Source: the human T2T-CHM13v2.0 reference genome, Homo sapiens | Assembly: GCF_009914755.1 (NCBI RefSeq) | Contig: NC_060929.1 | Length of the DNA: 64,000 bases | Direction: 5' to 3' (one strand) | Part shown: positions 1 through 14,694 of the stretch, piece after piece | How positions within the stretch are numbered: position 1 is the first letter of the stretch | How the letters are laid out: every line of letters starts with the position of its first letter | Translations under genes and position numbers: made by a program | The notes under the pieces: generated by a model | Databases searched by the model: none | The model's input: the letters and a program-made list of their open reading frames with translations, nothing else | Told to the model about the DNA's origin: nothing

Positions 1-3000
1 TTTTCGCGGTGGTGAATGGAAGCAGGACCTAAGCAATCACCTTCACCCCCACAGTCTCCAGAGGATGGGGATGCAGTCCTGAGCAAGTGTTTTCTCCAGG
101 TTCGTCGGCCTGAGCACAGCCACAGGCTCCATTGCCCCAGAAACCAGCCCAGGGTCTTGCGTTGTGCTCCTTAAGTTCCCCTGACTACATAGCTCTCCCC
201 AGGGCCCACTATTGTCAGCTTCTCCCAGAGAAGACGGGGTGGCAGGGTGGGGTGGTTATTCTTTGCACACTTCAATGCATGAAGAATTCACTGTTATTGA
301 TCACCCTGATTCAGGCTTCAAGTTCTGATCATGGTGATGGAGAAATCTCTAAAAAGAGAATCAGGAGAACCTGCCTGCTCTTCCCTTGGATTGAAGGGAC
401 CAACGTCCCAGCTCCCAGCACATCGGCCAGGCCTCAGGGGGCCGTGTGCACCGGGCAGTGAGAACCTGAAGAGGAGCTCTCCAGGCCCTCCCTGCCACCG
501 CCCGCACCTGCCGGGCCCCTCGGCTCTGTTTCTTTCACTTCATGACTCTGAACTCTTGGCCCTTCACCCTGACCTCAGCCCAGCCTGTTTCATGGCCCAG
601 CCTTGGGAGCTCAGTTCCCTCCCGCTGTGCTGAATGGATCCCCTCCCCAGGCCCTGATCCACTAGGGGCTTGCAGAGAGACCCCCACATTGGCCCTGGCC
701 TCAGAGGCTGACCCTGCTTGGGGTCCCTCTGTACCTGGAGTGCTGCCAGGGGAGGTAGGAGCAGGCTGGGATCCTCTGTCCAAGGTGCCTCCAGATAGAG
801 GGAGCCTTTTCACAGCACTGAGCTCTCCAGCCCTAGGTGCTCAGCGTGGCCGCAGCAGTTCCTGGGGCTCCCGCTCACAGTCACCCGACACCCAGCCACG
901 AGGACAACAGCAGCCAGGGGCCACGCATCCCTCAGAGGCACACAACAGCAAATCGGCTAGGTAGGTAGGACAGTATTTAAGACTAAGCTCTTCCTCGGGT
1001 GTTTCACCTTTTATTTTTCTTTTCTCAGAGACAGGCAATATCTGCAGTTTATTGTAAATCAGCTTTTTTGGAGAAAGCACATATTTCCATTTAAAAGATG
1101 CTACAGGACTTCGCAACATCCTTGATGCTTTCACAAAGTCATTGCTACTTGAGGGTAAAAGCAAGTAACCCAGAGACCTGGGGACTCTGCAGGGAAAGGA
1201 GGTGGGCAGAGCATCCTGCTGGGGCAGGGTCCGCAGGGCCCGAGGGCAGGGGAGGTGTTTGGGCTGGAAGGAGGGCACTGCTGGTAGACAGGAGTGGGTG
1301 CAGAATGTCCAGGCCCCCGGATGCCTCAAGGTGGGCACTTGGTCTGTGGATCAGGAGCCAGCAGACATTTGTCCGGATGGGATGGTGGCTCCGCTTACTC
1401 AGCCAGAGATGGGGAAAGAATAACTTTGGAAGAGCAGGGTCATGAGGTGTGGGACACCATGGCACCCACAGGGTCATGCAGCAGGGGCTGGGGACATCAG
1501 CCTGAAAAGGAGGAGCTGCCTCTGAGGGAGGAGGAGTGAAGGGAGAGTGCAGTCCATCCTCAGGCAGCTTCCCCGTCCCCCAGGAGCCTCTATTATACTT
1601 GGGCAGCTCCCAAGACCACTCAGACACAGTCTGTCTCCTCTGTGCTCTCTGAGGTCACTGAAGCCTGAGTATGGAGCCACTTGAACTCTGGACAATGAAG
1701 GAAGCCTTTGGAACCAAGAATTGGTTTAAACAAATTCTGAAGGATCCGTAGGGCTTGGTCAGTGGACGTGCAGGACAGGGCTTGCCTGCAGATGGAGCAC
1801 CCTGATGCGGGAGAAACACAGGCAGGTTTTGAGCCCCTCCAGGAGTCCATCTGCGTGCAGAAGTTCTGGGTGGAGGAAGAACAAAGTGGGGAGTCAGCCC
1901 AAGGTGGAGGATGGTCTCCTCTTGCTTTTACAAATGAAAGTGCTCATTGGAAAATGACAGAGTCTGCAGCCACAGTGGGATCCTCTGGCCCCGTGAGTCA
2001 GCTCAGGGAGAGGAGCCGGTAGGAGACCCACATCTCCAGAATTCAAGGTTGTCACTGACCACGAGGGTGTTCTTCTGCATCTCAGCTTTGTTTCTGTCTC
2101 ACTCGATTGGAATTCCATCTGTTCAGCAGAATTCAGCCCACCCCATTAGGTGGATGAGATGCTGTGATGTAAAAAGAAACAAGACAATTTCCGAAAGTTT
2201 GGGGTTATGAGAATGATCTGGGCCTAGGTGCGGATGGTCCCCATCAGAAGCAACAAAAACGTGTGCTATTATCTCTCACAAGGTTTTTAGCCTTCCTTGC
2301 CAAAAGTTACTTAGCGAGTTGCTGGGTCACAGGGGGTAGCACTGATCCGGAGAAGATCCGTGAGCCTTTTGACCACTGCCACTTTGCAGGTATACATACT
2401 GACCCTCAGGCTGCGGGTCCAGACAAACCCCAACTCAGCCAAGACAAACCCCTCCCACCTCCAGTGCTGATAACGACCTTTCAATAGTCTCATGCTGGAG
2501 ATGCTTTGGGTCTAGATTTATTATTATTGTTAATAATAATCAAAATAAAGATTGTTTGTTTCCCCCCACAGTCCTCCACAAAGATTGATTTTCCTGAGGT
2601 CCGCATGGGTGCGCAAAGCCTTCCTTTTCTTGAGTCTGCAAGGTGGATGGATATTTTATTGCATCTACTTCTTAGATTCTGAATGAATGATTGGTATCTT
2701 ATTGATACACTCACAAGAGGATGGTTTTAAAATCACATATCTTTATCTAATACCTTTATGAGTCCATCAATTACATTTATTGGGCAGGCCCTTTGATTTT
2801 TATGAAGAAATTCCTTTTAAGTAAGGAGAATGGCCATATATGGAAATGCCTTTCCTTTCAGTCCATCAAAGTCCTGCCTTTTCCAAGCAAGTTTCCTACC
2901 TAGCTCTAAGTCACTCGTTGTGGAGGTTGCTCTGGGTGGCAGAGTTGGTGACAGTGGCTTTTCCCAGCCATGGTTTTCCTGCAGAGGGCTTCTGTCGGGA

Positions 3001-4139
3001 AGTGTAGCCTCCCATTATTAAACAATAATTAAGTTCTCCAGGCTCAGTTCCTTACGCTTGCTAATCCTGGTGACTGTTTACATGCTACTATTTGTTAAAT
3101 GGCAAAGTTTATTGATTTGGCAAATTCAGTCCCACATTGTGGATTTTCTCTCAGTCTGTGTTCCTACATGTGGTTCAGCATTTTTAAATGTCAACTGCAA
3201 AGTATTATTGATTGGTAATTAAAAGTGTAGAGAAAAATTAGCATAGTAGAAGTTTGCGGTCATTAGTACAAGTACCGTTGGGCAATTATTTAGCGTGTTT
3301 TAACATGTATTTTCCTTCCTGGTATTGACACAGAGTATCATGCTCATCAAACAGTTCCTGTTTTGCTAAAAAGGAAAGTTTTAGCATCAATAAGAATTGA
3401 AGACACGTATTTCTGTTGGAAAATTTGCTTGTCGGTTTCCCTGATGCATAAACAAGCTGATCCAAAGGGCTACCTGGGCTCTGGCAGGAGTGAAGGGGCA
3501 GAATCTGAGCTCCATGGGCCATCCTGAGGGGGCTTCCCTGGCTTCCTTCCCAGGACCCAGCAATGAGGGTCCCATGTTGAAACTGAACAAGGAAAGTACA
3601 AACCTGGCTTAGGCAGGGAAAAAATAAATTGCTTGTATTAAGCAGTTATTTTGTGTTTGGGAAATGTTTATCCCAGATTTTCTCAGACATAGGACAGATT
3701 TCAATATTTTGCACAATTTATTTGAAAGTTACTTATAGTAATCAAGTCATATGAACAGATTTTTGTTCTGAAAGCACGATCAGAACATTATTATTATTGC
3801 TTTTGGCATAGACTGAGCAGGACAGTGACACATTCAAGATGGAAGGAAACTTCGTAGGTGTCTGCTCTGTACAATTGTTGGTTTTATTGCTTTACTCACT
3901 AGCACTCACTCCCTTACTTGTACCTGTTATCTTTTTTAGCATATGGTTGGTGTTCTGGGACTATTATTTGAATTTTTGGATTCCTGAATGCTGAAGAGAG
4001 AGCCCACAGGTGGATGGCATGAGGTGATGGAAGTGGGCGTATCAAATTTACACTTGGACCAAGCCCTGCAGGCAGTGTGGTGTAATAGTCAAGAATGGGA
4101 TCCTTGATTCCCTGAGACGGCATCCTCCCCACATCCCTT

Positions 4140-4332
4140 ATCAGTTGGTGACTATTGACCAATTACAGTTATTGTAGCCTCCCTTGGCCTCAACGTGCTC
4201 ATATTGAAATGTGATACTAATACCCAGCTGGTAAAGCTTGTGGTGAGGACTCAATGAGATAAGAAGCTCAAGGTGACTGTAAGATGACTGGATGGCACCT
4301 GGCATTTGGTAAACACATAACACATGTCAGCT
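4140..4332 (+). mobile_element. MIR SINE relic
   Basis: Degenerate MIR core/3' end (gcttgtggtgaggactcaatgagataag ... cacctggcatttggtaaacacataacacatgtcagct). Boundaries approximate. Confidence 0.6.
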
Positions 4333-4839
4333 GTTTCATCCCATTGTTGCTGGGAGCGTTAAGCCCCTGGGGGCTGTCAAGGATCTGCAGCACATCAAAA
4401 AAGAAAGATGAAATTCATAGAAGTCAGCATGCATCCACTAAGGGAAATCCCGTGCCTAACAAAGCATGTTTCCTCTTTATTGATAGAATTTTCTGTTAGG
4501 ATGATAACATAAATTTGATCTCTTTTGGTTTGAGCAGGCATTGGACAGAGTATCTTATGAACAAGAGAGGAAAACGCAGACTGGGCAAGGTTTAAGTTAG
4601 GTGAGTTAAACAAATGATGAAGGGGAGGGTTACCGATGATCACCGCTTACCCAGAAGACATACTCTAGGGATCAAATAAGGCCAGGCTGGGGCTGGTGGT
4701 GATTAGTATTAATACATCCACAGGACTGTCAAGATTCCCGTAGCAATCAGACCAGCACGATGGGCCAGAAATTTACACAATGAAACTAAGATGGGTGGAT
4801 GTACTGTGAGGTATTTTCAGTAAGATTTTGAAACTATTA

Positions 4840-5157
4840 GAGTTGGCCCTCATATCCACAGGTTCGGCATCCTTGGAGTCAAAAATATTCAGAAAGAAAA
4901 CAATAAAAAGCAGTTATATACAGTAAAAAGTAATACGAACAAAACAATCCCAATACAGTATAACAACTATCTACCTAGCATTTGCATTGCACTAAGTTTT
5001 ATATGTAATCTAGAGATGATTTCAGGTATCCGGGAAGATGTGAACAGGTTGTATGCCAATACTATGTCATTTTGTATCAGGGACTTCAGCATTTGCAGAT
5101 TTTGGCATCCGTGATGGATCCTGGAGCCAGTTCCCCATGGAGGCTAAGAAACAATTG
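4840..5157 (+). mobile_element. MER2 (TcMar-Tigger MITE)
   Basis: Starts agttggccctcatatccacaggttcggcatcc, has internal caatacagtataacaactat...gtaatctagagatgatt, and ends ctggagccagttccccatgg...acaattg+ta. Matches the recalled MER2 consensus. Confidence 0.85.
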
Positions 5158-6798
5158 TACTTTAATTTCTGCCTTTTTTCCCCCTGGAAAACACACCTCG
5201 GATACATTCTGTCCAATGGCCATCTGGGGAAGATTTCCACTGCAGCCTCAAGTATCCTGTTGAGTGTTGACAGGTGGAGGCTGGTGGTGAAGGCCACATT
5301 ACGTTTCCAATTGGAACATTCTGGCTATGGTTTTAGAACACCCAGGAAAGGGGGGACTCCACACTACAGACTGGAGAAAACCAACAGACATCGATTCTGG
5401 GATTTTAGGAATTCACGTGAGGATGCAGTGTCAAGGAATCAGGGCTCTGTGCTCCCCCGAAGCCAGCAGCTTTGGTGGCCTAGGGTCAGTAGAGAGAGGT
5501 GTTGATGGTGGCAGCCAGGCCTCTTTGGGCATATTTTGAGCCAGTGGACTTTTACAGTAAGCAGCTTAGGGACAGGCCCTGAAAGTCAGAGAGGAGGGTC
5601 AGAGTCAAAAATGAGTGAATTAGGGCCATGAGTCAAAGCCAGCCCAGGGGCAGGTGGTGGCATGGAGTGCTAGTTCCTGAGAGCCTGGGGTCATCCATGG
5701 GCCATTCCTTCATCCTTTCACATATTGGTTCATTCCATCAGCTGTGCCTCCTTTGCTCCTCCTGTGAAAACTGAACCCTGGGGACTCTGCCAAGGAGGCA
5801 GGCAGGGCCGTCCTCTGGGAGTCTGGAGCCTGTGCTTAGTGTGGCAGGACTGGGATGAAGTATGTGGTCTAACCAGGGGCTGTCAACCTTGGGGTACACA
5901 AAGCATCTACCTGTGGACCACGGTCCTGAGCAGAAGACCTCTGCTGGGCACTTCCCAAGCTCTGGCAGTGGGCCTGGTTCAGGTGGGTGCATGCAGGAAG
6001 CTGTGCTGCCCGTGGCCTGGGACAGTGGAGTCAGCATGTCCTGCAGGGGAGGGAAGTTGAGGCTCAACGAGCACCCCCCTGGTGATAGAGGAGCATGTGA
6101 AGTGGAAACACAGAGGCGGAGTCAACAAGGAGTTTCCCTACGAGTTAACTCCTGCCAGCTTTGGGGAGGTGAGGCAGAGCCTGCAGCTGTGGGCATTTTG
6201 GCTTCTCCCCGTCTCTGTCCTTAGGTCTCCCTTCCATGTTTTCCAAGACTGGAAATGGCCCCCTGATGTCCAGAAGTAGAAGCGCTTTATGGAGGTGGAA
6301 CAGGAGCGGGAGGCAACGGGCTCTTGAGGGATCAGTCTGGAATGCCCCTGCTGCTGGCCAGGGGACCGTGAGGCCCCAGCAGTGCCCTTCACTGCGGGCC
6401 GCTAGTTCTGCTCTCTATCTGCTGAGGCAAAGAATGCTGATGTGTGAGCAAGGTCCAAAGAGAGCGTTCAACTAAAATTAATAAAAGTAATAAACAGAAG
6501 CACTGCTCCAATGAGGATGAGCGCTGTGACCTTGCAATCTGCAATCAGCTTCACAAACCAGAGAGGAAGGTGAATCCGACGAGGACCAGGCTGGAGATGA
6601 ACACCAAGGAACGTGGATGCTTCAAGGACGGTGTTGCAGTTTAATAATTCAAGGAAGTATGCTTTAAAAGAAATGAAATCTATTAAAAGTTGTATTATCA
6701 TTTGACTAATAAATGCTATATAGGCACAACAAATAACCAAATAATTAAAGCAAATCCAATCTCTGAATGCAAACATCCTTTCAACAGTCCTTAATCGC

Positions 6799-7074
6799 TT
6801 TTTTTTTTCTGCTGCTCAGGCTGGAGTACAGGGGCATGAACTTGGCTCAGTGCAACCTCCTGCCTCCTGAGTTCAAGAGATTCTCATGCCTCAGCTTCCC
6901 AAGTAGCTGGGATTACAGGCCCACACCACAACGCCCAGTTAATTTTTGTATTTTTAGTAAAGACAGGGTTTCACCATGTTGGCCAGGCTGGTCTCGCACT
7001 CCTGACCTCAGGTGATTGCCCGCTTCTGCCTCCAAAAGTGCTGGGATTATAGGTGTGAGCCACTGTGACTGGCC
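6799..7074 (-). mobile_element. AluS (Sx/Sq-like) lacking ~17 nt next to the tail
   Basis: Poly-T followed by an antisense Alu body ending gtgagccactgtgactggcc. Degenerate TSD ccttaat(c/tt)gct at 6789-6799 and 7074-7085. Confidence 0.95.
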
Positions 7075-7114
7075 CTTAATTTGCTTTTAAATATAAATAT
7101 TAAATAATATCTAA

Positions 7115-7412
<298 letters not shown>

Positions 7413-8155
7413 TCACATGCTCCTTTCACTAGCTCTGCTTTCCTGGCAAGTTTCAACCCCTAGTTTGAACTGTGAGTGTGAACTCTCACCCAGCAGCATC
7501 ATTGTCCACCTCTCTGCTCCTAAGGGTGCTTTAGCACCATTTTTCTTTGCTAGTCATTGATTTGATGCAGCATTGATTTGATGAAGCATTTTGTACTATT
7601 ATATTTTGGAAGGAAGTAAAGCTTTGCAAGTAAGGCTGGCCATAAAGCATCATAAAACATTTTCATTTGATCTATTCAAGTTATTGTACACTTCTATTTT
7701 TTCTTCTTTTAATTGTACCGTTATCTGCATATATTTAGAAATGTTTCCAGTGTTAGATATTATATACTAGTTGTTTACTTCTGAAAAAAGAAAAAAACTG
7801 AGAATAAATACAAATGTCTTTATTATTATTAATATTTAAATTTGTATTTGTGCTTCGAAGACTCTCAGGAAGAATACTGAGGTTTTCTAAGACAACTTGG
7901 ATTTGCACTTGCCTTCTAGGAAGGGCAATAAGGCTATGTTCACCTTACAGAGGGTAAAGATGAGGCCCAACGCGAGCTGAGAGCCCACGGCAGATGAGAA
8001 GGGCTGGAGCTTCCTGGGATTCCAGCTGCTCCCTGCACGGTTCCCGTTGTTCCATGGAAAAAATACCCTGGACCAGCAGAATCACCCCCTGAGTGGCACC
8101 CACAATGTGAACATCGCTTCATGGATAAGCACATCCCATCCCAGTAGAGAAAAAA

Positions 8156-8182
<27 letters not shown>
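8156..8182. repeat. (TG)n microsatellite
   Basis: About 13 consecutive TG units. Confidence 0.95.
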
Positions 8183-8186
<4 letters not shown>

Positions 8187-8402
8187 CTACAAAATACGAT
8201 ACGAATCCAAAAAGTATTTCTCAGACACTGTTCTGACATAAATAAAACAGAAACTCACACTTTTTGCCTAGAAAGAACATTCCCGCATTTGCTTTATTAG
8301 AGAGTAATTCCTATTTAGTTTTACATCTTCATAACTTTGAAGTTTTTTTTTGTTTTGTTTTTTCTTTTAATATTCACAAAGGAGGACCTGGAACCCTTTT
8401 AA

Positions 8403-8825
<423 letters not shown>

Positions 8826-8847
8826 TAGTGGGAAGGCTTTTCTTACA

Positions 8848-9196
8848 TAGTCATGCACTGTACAATGTCATTTCCGTCAATAATGGATCACGTATATGAC
8901 ACCAGTCCCACGAGATTTTAATACTGTATTTTCGCTCTACCTTTTCTATGTTCAGGTGTGTTTAGAGACACAAATATTAACCATTGCATTACAATTACCT
9001 CCAGCTCTCAGTACAGTGACATGCTGTGCATGTTTGTAGCCTAGGAGCAGTAGGATCTACCATACAGTGTAGGTGTGTAGTAGGCGATACTATCAAGGTT
9101 TGTATAATGACACTATATGATGTTTGTACAACGACAAAATCACCCAACAATTCATTTCTCAGAATGGAATCCTGTTGTTAAGTGATGCGTGACTAC
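8848..9196 (+). mobile_element. Tigger3a/MER7-type (Golem) DNA transposon MITE
   Basis: Terminal inverted repeats tagtcatgcactgtacaatg ... gttgttaagtgatgcgtgacta. Internal catgctgtgcatgtttgtagcctaggagcagtagg is typical of the family. About 350 bp. Confidence 0.85.
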
Positions 9197-10599
9197 ATAA
9201 CATCTGAGGATACCTAAAAGTGTAAGACTGATTCCTACAGCCTGCTAGTCATCCTGTAAATGGAATATTGGGCAAAATATTCTCCTATCCAATACACAAC
9301 ACCGTATATATTTCCTGAAGGAAAAGGCATTGGTGTGGGGGCATTTATAGAACGTGAAGATTGAACGCAAGCCATGTCTCTATTCCCAAGCCTTTGACAG
9401 AGTCGAAATCAATCTGTTGACTGAGGTGGTCTTGCACAACACCACAGATCGTGTATTAGCACAGTCCTCCAGTTCCAGTTCTTTCAGGAATGTTCCTGCT
9501 GAGATGTCATTGTGCCATTCTGTTGCTGCAGCTGTGGTGGGCACAAGTGAAGGATGCACTGGTAACGGGGCCCAAAATGAGCTGATGGCTCTTCCCCTGG
9601 GGACGACAGGGCAGGCCAGTGCCCTGTGAGGCGGGAAGAGGCTGGATCCCACGCATCCCTCCTGACTCTGTGCCCCTCCTGGGTCATGGAACTTTTCACC
9701 ACCCACCCGGCCACCCCCATCTGGTACCTGCTCTCCTCATGTCCTTTTCTAAATCCCCCCACCCTTGATCAGGAGATGATTCTGCATCCCTGGCTGGCTA
9801 CTGTCTTTTGTTTTGCTGCAGTTTTGAGAAGCTGGAGTTGCTCTGTACAGACGGATTCAGGCTAACTGCTTCTCCCAGGGAATCTGACGTGGAGCCATCA
9901 CAGGGGCCCAAAGGCAGCGGGAAGAGCAGAGATCCTGGCTTCAGTCACCCAGGAATGCCCAAGCTGTCAGTGCCTTGGCTCAGCACGGGGGCCGGGAAAT
10001 AAGAGCTTCTCTGAGGAAGAAGGAAAACGGGCTGCCCGAAGAGGGCTCGGGTCTGAAGCAGGAAGCCCTGGGAGATGTTCCCCATGACCACGGTGCTAAT
10101 GTCAGCCAGGGAAGGGAGGATCGAGGCAAGCCAGGGGCCTGCTGGGGGCAGGGGCCTTCCATGATACAGCTGGAGGCTGCACACCTTAAAATTTGCCGAC
10201 TTTGAAAGCATCGCGCCTGGGCTTGCAGGGCCTCTGACAAGAAGAAGAACTTCTCTGGGGGCTTTCAAGGTGAGCTGTGCCCAGACAGGACACTCAGGAA
10301 AGCAACCCCTCCCTCCGGGGTGATCAAGAAGAGAAGGCGGTTGATGGGGTGGGGTCTGTCGGACGAGCAGCTTTGACAGAGAGCATGGGCTGTGTATTGG
10401 CTGAGAAGCTCTATGCACAGGGGTAGGAGCCCCGGCCTGGGGGGATTTTCTCCCGGGTGAGGCTTGCCTGCAGGGAGGAGCAAGAGCTATGGTTGCAAAT
10501 CCACAGCCTGGCTGCTCGCTTATTTTACATCAGTGGGACTGATGGCAGGTTCCATTCTGGGACTTGGTTGTCGCTTGGCAATGGGCCTCGGGAGCATGT

Positions 10600-10850
10600 T
10601 CTCTGCCAGAGGCGGTGCTGCCTGGTGCTGGTCAGTGGCTGTGTGGTATTCCACAGCAGCCCCGTGCAGTGGCTCTGCTGACCCTGCCTTTCTAGTCTTC
10701 CGCCACGAAAACAAGCAATAGTGAACATTCTTGTGCACGTGTCTTTGAGCACATGTGCATGTAGGATGGATATCTGGGTGCCTATGCACCGATTTTTAAA
10801 TGATGAGAGGTCACTAAAATCTAAGGAGCGTCCCACGCCAAGCATTCGCG
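10600..10850 (-). mobile_element. ancient L1M 3' fragment
   Basis: gtgtggtattcca...aagcaatagtgaacattcttgtgcacgtgtctttgagcacatgtgc resembles the antisense L1M 3' region. Confidence 0.5.
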
Positions 10851-11374
10851 TAGCTATGATGCAAGCTTAGGGTATGCACAGCACAGGCCACTGGCTACTG
10901 AGTACATGTCAGCAAAATGGAAAGAACAGAGAAAAATGGGAAAAATCAGGAGCTCAGAATAGCCAAGACTGCAGGGCCCTGGTTGAGAGAGGTGGAGGTG
11001 GACTCTGAAAGAGAGCAGGTAAGTAAGCCATTTCTTCCTGCAGGTGTCAATAACCTCGTCAGGGGCAGAGCAGAAATGCCGCCCAGTCCATAAGGTAGGA
11101 TGCCCATGCTGGAGACTGCAGGAGGATATGTAAGTTCTGGGAAGAGCAGAGCCCTTTCCTTAGGGCAAGGGAGTACGTTCAGACTGCCCACTCCTACATG
11201 CCCTGTCTCAATATCAAGCTAAGGAAAAGTTAGAGCAATGTGGCTTGACATGCCTCGGGCCAGCCGGTCTGGCTAGAAGTAAAGGCAGAATGAGAAGTCA
11301 TCATTATATAGATTAATTGGCTCTGAATTTTAACTGTAAAATTATAATGATATTTCACCTTTTATTTTCAATGC

Positions 11375-11560
11375 ACCCCCTTTCAGAAAGTCTTTCCTGA
11401 TCCTCCAAGTTTAGGGTGACAGCTTTTTCTTTCAACTCTCCTGAGCACTGTCTTTTTCTTAAGGCCCTTGTGTGTAGCTGATATCCTCCTTCCAGATGGA
11501 AGAGGGCTTTGTGTTTATTTTTAGCCCGGGTAGCAACATACTAGAATTTCTTATACTCAG
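11375..11560 (+). mobile_element. L2 3'-end relic
   Basis: ttcagaaagtctttcctgatcc ... gggctttgtgtttatttttagcc, an L2-like tail. Heavily diverged. Confidence 0.4.
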
Positions 11561-12259
11561 TTATAAGAAAATAATACATATTTATTACACTAAATCATAG
11601 AATGAACGAGAATGCTATTTGCTCTGTTGAATGTTCTTGCTCATTGAGTTTTTATTTTTATTCTTCTTGTGTTTCACCTTAAGCTTCTACTAACTCAATT
11701 ATTTTTGTAAATGAGAGGGTAGAAATAATACACAAAACCCAAATGGTCTTTTGATTGTCAGAGAGATTAGAGACACATAAAAGTGAAAATACCACGGGGG
11801 ATGGTGAAGAAACACAGAAGTCATGCTTACTTATGAATGAGACAAATAACTGACTATGTATGTGTTACAAAAGTATCTTTCCAGGTGTCTGTGATGAAAA
11901 TTTATTGAAAAAAGTTCCTTCTATGGGTCTATTTGCTTGGCACCCTCTGTCCTGCCCCACCTTGTTGGAACCCACCTGAATGACTCCATGCTTGCCATGG
12001 CTCCTGGGTGTACACAGGGGAGGTGTTTGGGGACTTAGACCCCAGCCACCCTCCTTCGCAGATCTTGACACATAAAAATTGCACCTTCAATGAAGACAAA
12101 AAGGAACAAAAATGGGAGAAGAGATGCAAAACAAAAATTTGAGAGCTTTGCTGTTGCATCTGAGATGCATTGTTTTATTGGTGAAATAGGAGAGATTCTG
12201 AGAACCTTTGAGCCACAAGGTTATTCCCTCTTGAATATTGACAAACCTGGAATTAATGC

Positions 12260-12380
12260 CTGCCCAGCAGCCTGAGTGAGCTGGGCGACAATTTACCTCG
12301 CCAAACTTTCGTTTCCTGACTTGAAAATAGGAAAAAAAGCTACCCCCATTCATGAGGGGATTTAAATGACACAACACCCG
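12260..12380 (+). mobile_element. MIR relic
   Basis: gtgagctgggcgacaatttacctc...gtttcctgacttgaaaatagg...gaggggatttaaatgac, MIR core. Confidence 0.5.
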
Positions 12381-12616
12381 GCTACGAAGGTGGGTGGTCT
12401 GTACATTTCTCACTGAGGCTCACTGCACCTCTGCCCCAACCTTATTGCCTCCCATCCTCCCCAAAATGCCCAGTGACTGACAGTTCGCTGCTGTTTCTAC
12501 AGAATAAATTCCATCAAATCTACTTCATAAGGACCCAACACATATTCTATGTATTGACCACTATTCTAACATGTCCTGAAGAATATTTGGAGAATGTTCC
12601 TTTAATATTAAGACTT

Positions 12617-13586
12617 TTGTTTCCTTTACTGTGCAGAAGCTTTTTAATCAGATGCAATCCCATTGATCTATCTTTGCTTTTATTGTCTGTGCTTTTGGGG
12701 TCATATTTAAGAAATCACTTCTCAGACCAATGTTCTGGGGCTTTTCTCCTGTTTTCTGTAAGTAGTTTTAACGTTTCTGGTCTTATGGTTAAGTCATTTA
12801 TCCATTTCAACTTGATTCTTGTATAAGGAGTGAACTAATTATTTATATTCTTCTGCATGTGAATATCCAATTTTCCCAACATCAGTTATTGATAATACTG
12901 TCCTTTCTCCTTTGTGTGTTGTTGGCAACTTTGTTGCAAGTAAATTGACCATAAATATGTGGGTTTATTTCTGGGCTCTCTGTCTTATTCTATTGAATGA
13001 CATGTCTGGTTTTACACCAGTACCATGCTGTTTTGATCACTGTTGTTTGGTAATGTATTTTGAAGTTCAGTACATGATGTCTCTAGCTCTGTCCATTTTG
13101 CTCAGGATTGCTTTACCTATTTGAGGTCTTTGGTGGTCCTTTACAAATTTTACAATTTTTTTCTTTCTATTTCTGTGAAGAATATCATTGGAATTTTGAT
13201 AGGGATTGCATTGAATCTGTAGATTGCTTTGGGTAGTACAGACATCTTAACACTATTAATTCTTCCAGTCCATGTACACAGCATATCTTTCCATATATTT
13301 GTGTCATCTTAGATTTTTCCATCAATGTTTTATAGTTTTCAGTGTACAGATCTTTCATGTCCTTGGTTAAATTTACTACTAAGTATTTTATCTTTTGATG
13401 TAAATGGAATTGTTTTCTTGAATTTGTTTTGGATAGTTCATTGTTAGTGTATAGAAACACTACTGATTTTTGTTAGTTGATTTTGTATCCTAAAATTTTA
13501 CTGAATTCCTTTATCTAGTTCTAACAGTTTTTTGGTAGAATCATTAGAATTTTTTATATATAAAATTATGTCATCAGCAAACAGAG
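12617..13586 (-). mobile_element. L1MA ORF2 segment, inverted 5' part of a twin-primed insertion
   Basis: Antisense ORF2 from ttgtttcctttactgtgcagaagc to tgtcatcagcaaacagag. ORF 13185-13460(-) gives the L1 ORF2-like IKYLVVNLTKDMKDLYTENYKTLM. Confidence 0.9.
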
Positions 13587-14694
13587 GGAAGAGAAAACCC
13601 ACAGATTAGGATAAAATATTTGCAAATCCTATGTTGAATAAGGGGCTAGTATCTAAAATATACAAGGAACTCAAACTAGCAATAAAAAGGAAGCCAATAA
13701 CCCATTTAAACATGGGCAAATGACTTAAATAGACATTTCTCAAAAGAAGACACACAAATGGCCAACAGGGATATGAAAAAAAAGCTCAGCATCACTAATC
13801 ATCAGGAAAATGTACATTAATGTACCCCTCACAGCCGTTGGATTGGCTATTAGCAAAAAGATGAACAATAACAAGTGTTGGTGAGAATGTGGGGAAAAGA
13901 GGACTCTTATACACTGTTGTGGGAATATAAATTAGGACAGTCATTTTGCAAAACAGTATGGAGATTCCTTAAAAAACTAAAAATAGAACCACCATGCAAT
14001 CTAGCAATTCCACCTCTAGGTATTTATCCAAAGGAATTGAAATCAGTGTGTTGAAGAGCGGTCTGCACTCTCACGTTCACTGCAGTGTTACTCCCAATAG
14101 CCAAGATATGGACATAACTGAAGGCTCCATCAATGGAAAAATGGATCAAAAAATGGGGTACATTTACACAATGAAATACTACTCAGCCTTTAAAAAGCAG
14201 GAAACTCTGTCATTCGTGACAACATGGATTATCCTAGAGGAAATTATGCAAAGGGAAATAAGCCAGGCACAGAGACAATTATGGTGTGATCTCACTTACA
14301 TGCGGAATCTAAAAAAAAAGTCAAACTTCTTTAAGTAAAGGGTAGAATGGTGGTTACTGAAGGCAGAAGGTTGGTGGGGTTGGGATGTGGGGGAGATGGG
14401 GGAAGGAGAGACATTGGCCCAAGGATACGAAGTTTCAGTTAGACAGGAGGAATAAATTCTGGTGGTCTATGGCACAGCATGGTGACTGTGGTTAATAATC
14501 ATGTACTGTGTATTCCAAAGTAGTAAAAAGAGAGGATTTTAAATGTTCTCATCACAAAGAAATGATAAATATTTGAGGTGATGGATATAATAGCCTTATT
14601 TGATCATTTCACAATGTGTACATGTATCAAAACATCACATTGCACCCCAAAAATAGAGAGAATTATTATTTGTCAATTAAAAATAAAACAAAAA
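13580..14694 (+). mobile_element. L1MA (L1MA7/8-like) ORF2 end, 3'UTR and A-tail
   Basis: Sense ORF2 end (agacatttctcaaaagaagac). 3'UTR gtttcagttagacaggaggaataaa ... ttatttgtcaattaaaaataaaa. Confidence 0.9.

Noticed and set aside
6068-6085. CTCF-like motif (caccagggggg on the - strand)
   Set aside because: Lacks the conserved C after the G run; too weak to call.
7555-7590. 16-bp tandem duplication (also 10-11 bp ones at ~29933 and ~30462)
   Set aside because: Ordinary slippage duplications.
13185-14338. ORFs with L1 ORF2-like peptides
   Set aside because: Fragments of a dead, frameshifted L1, not functional CDS.
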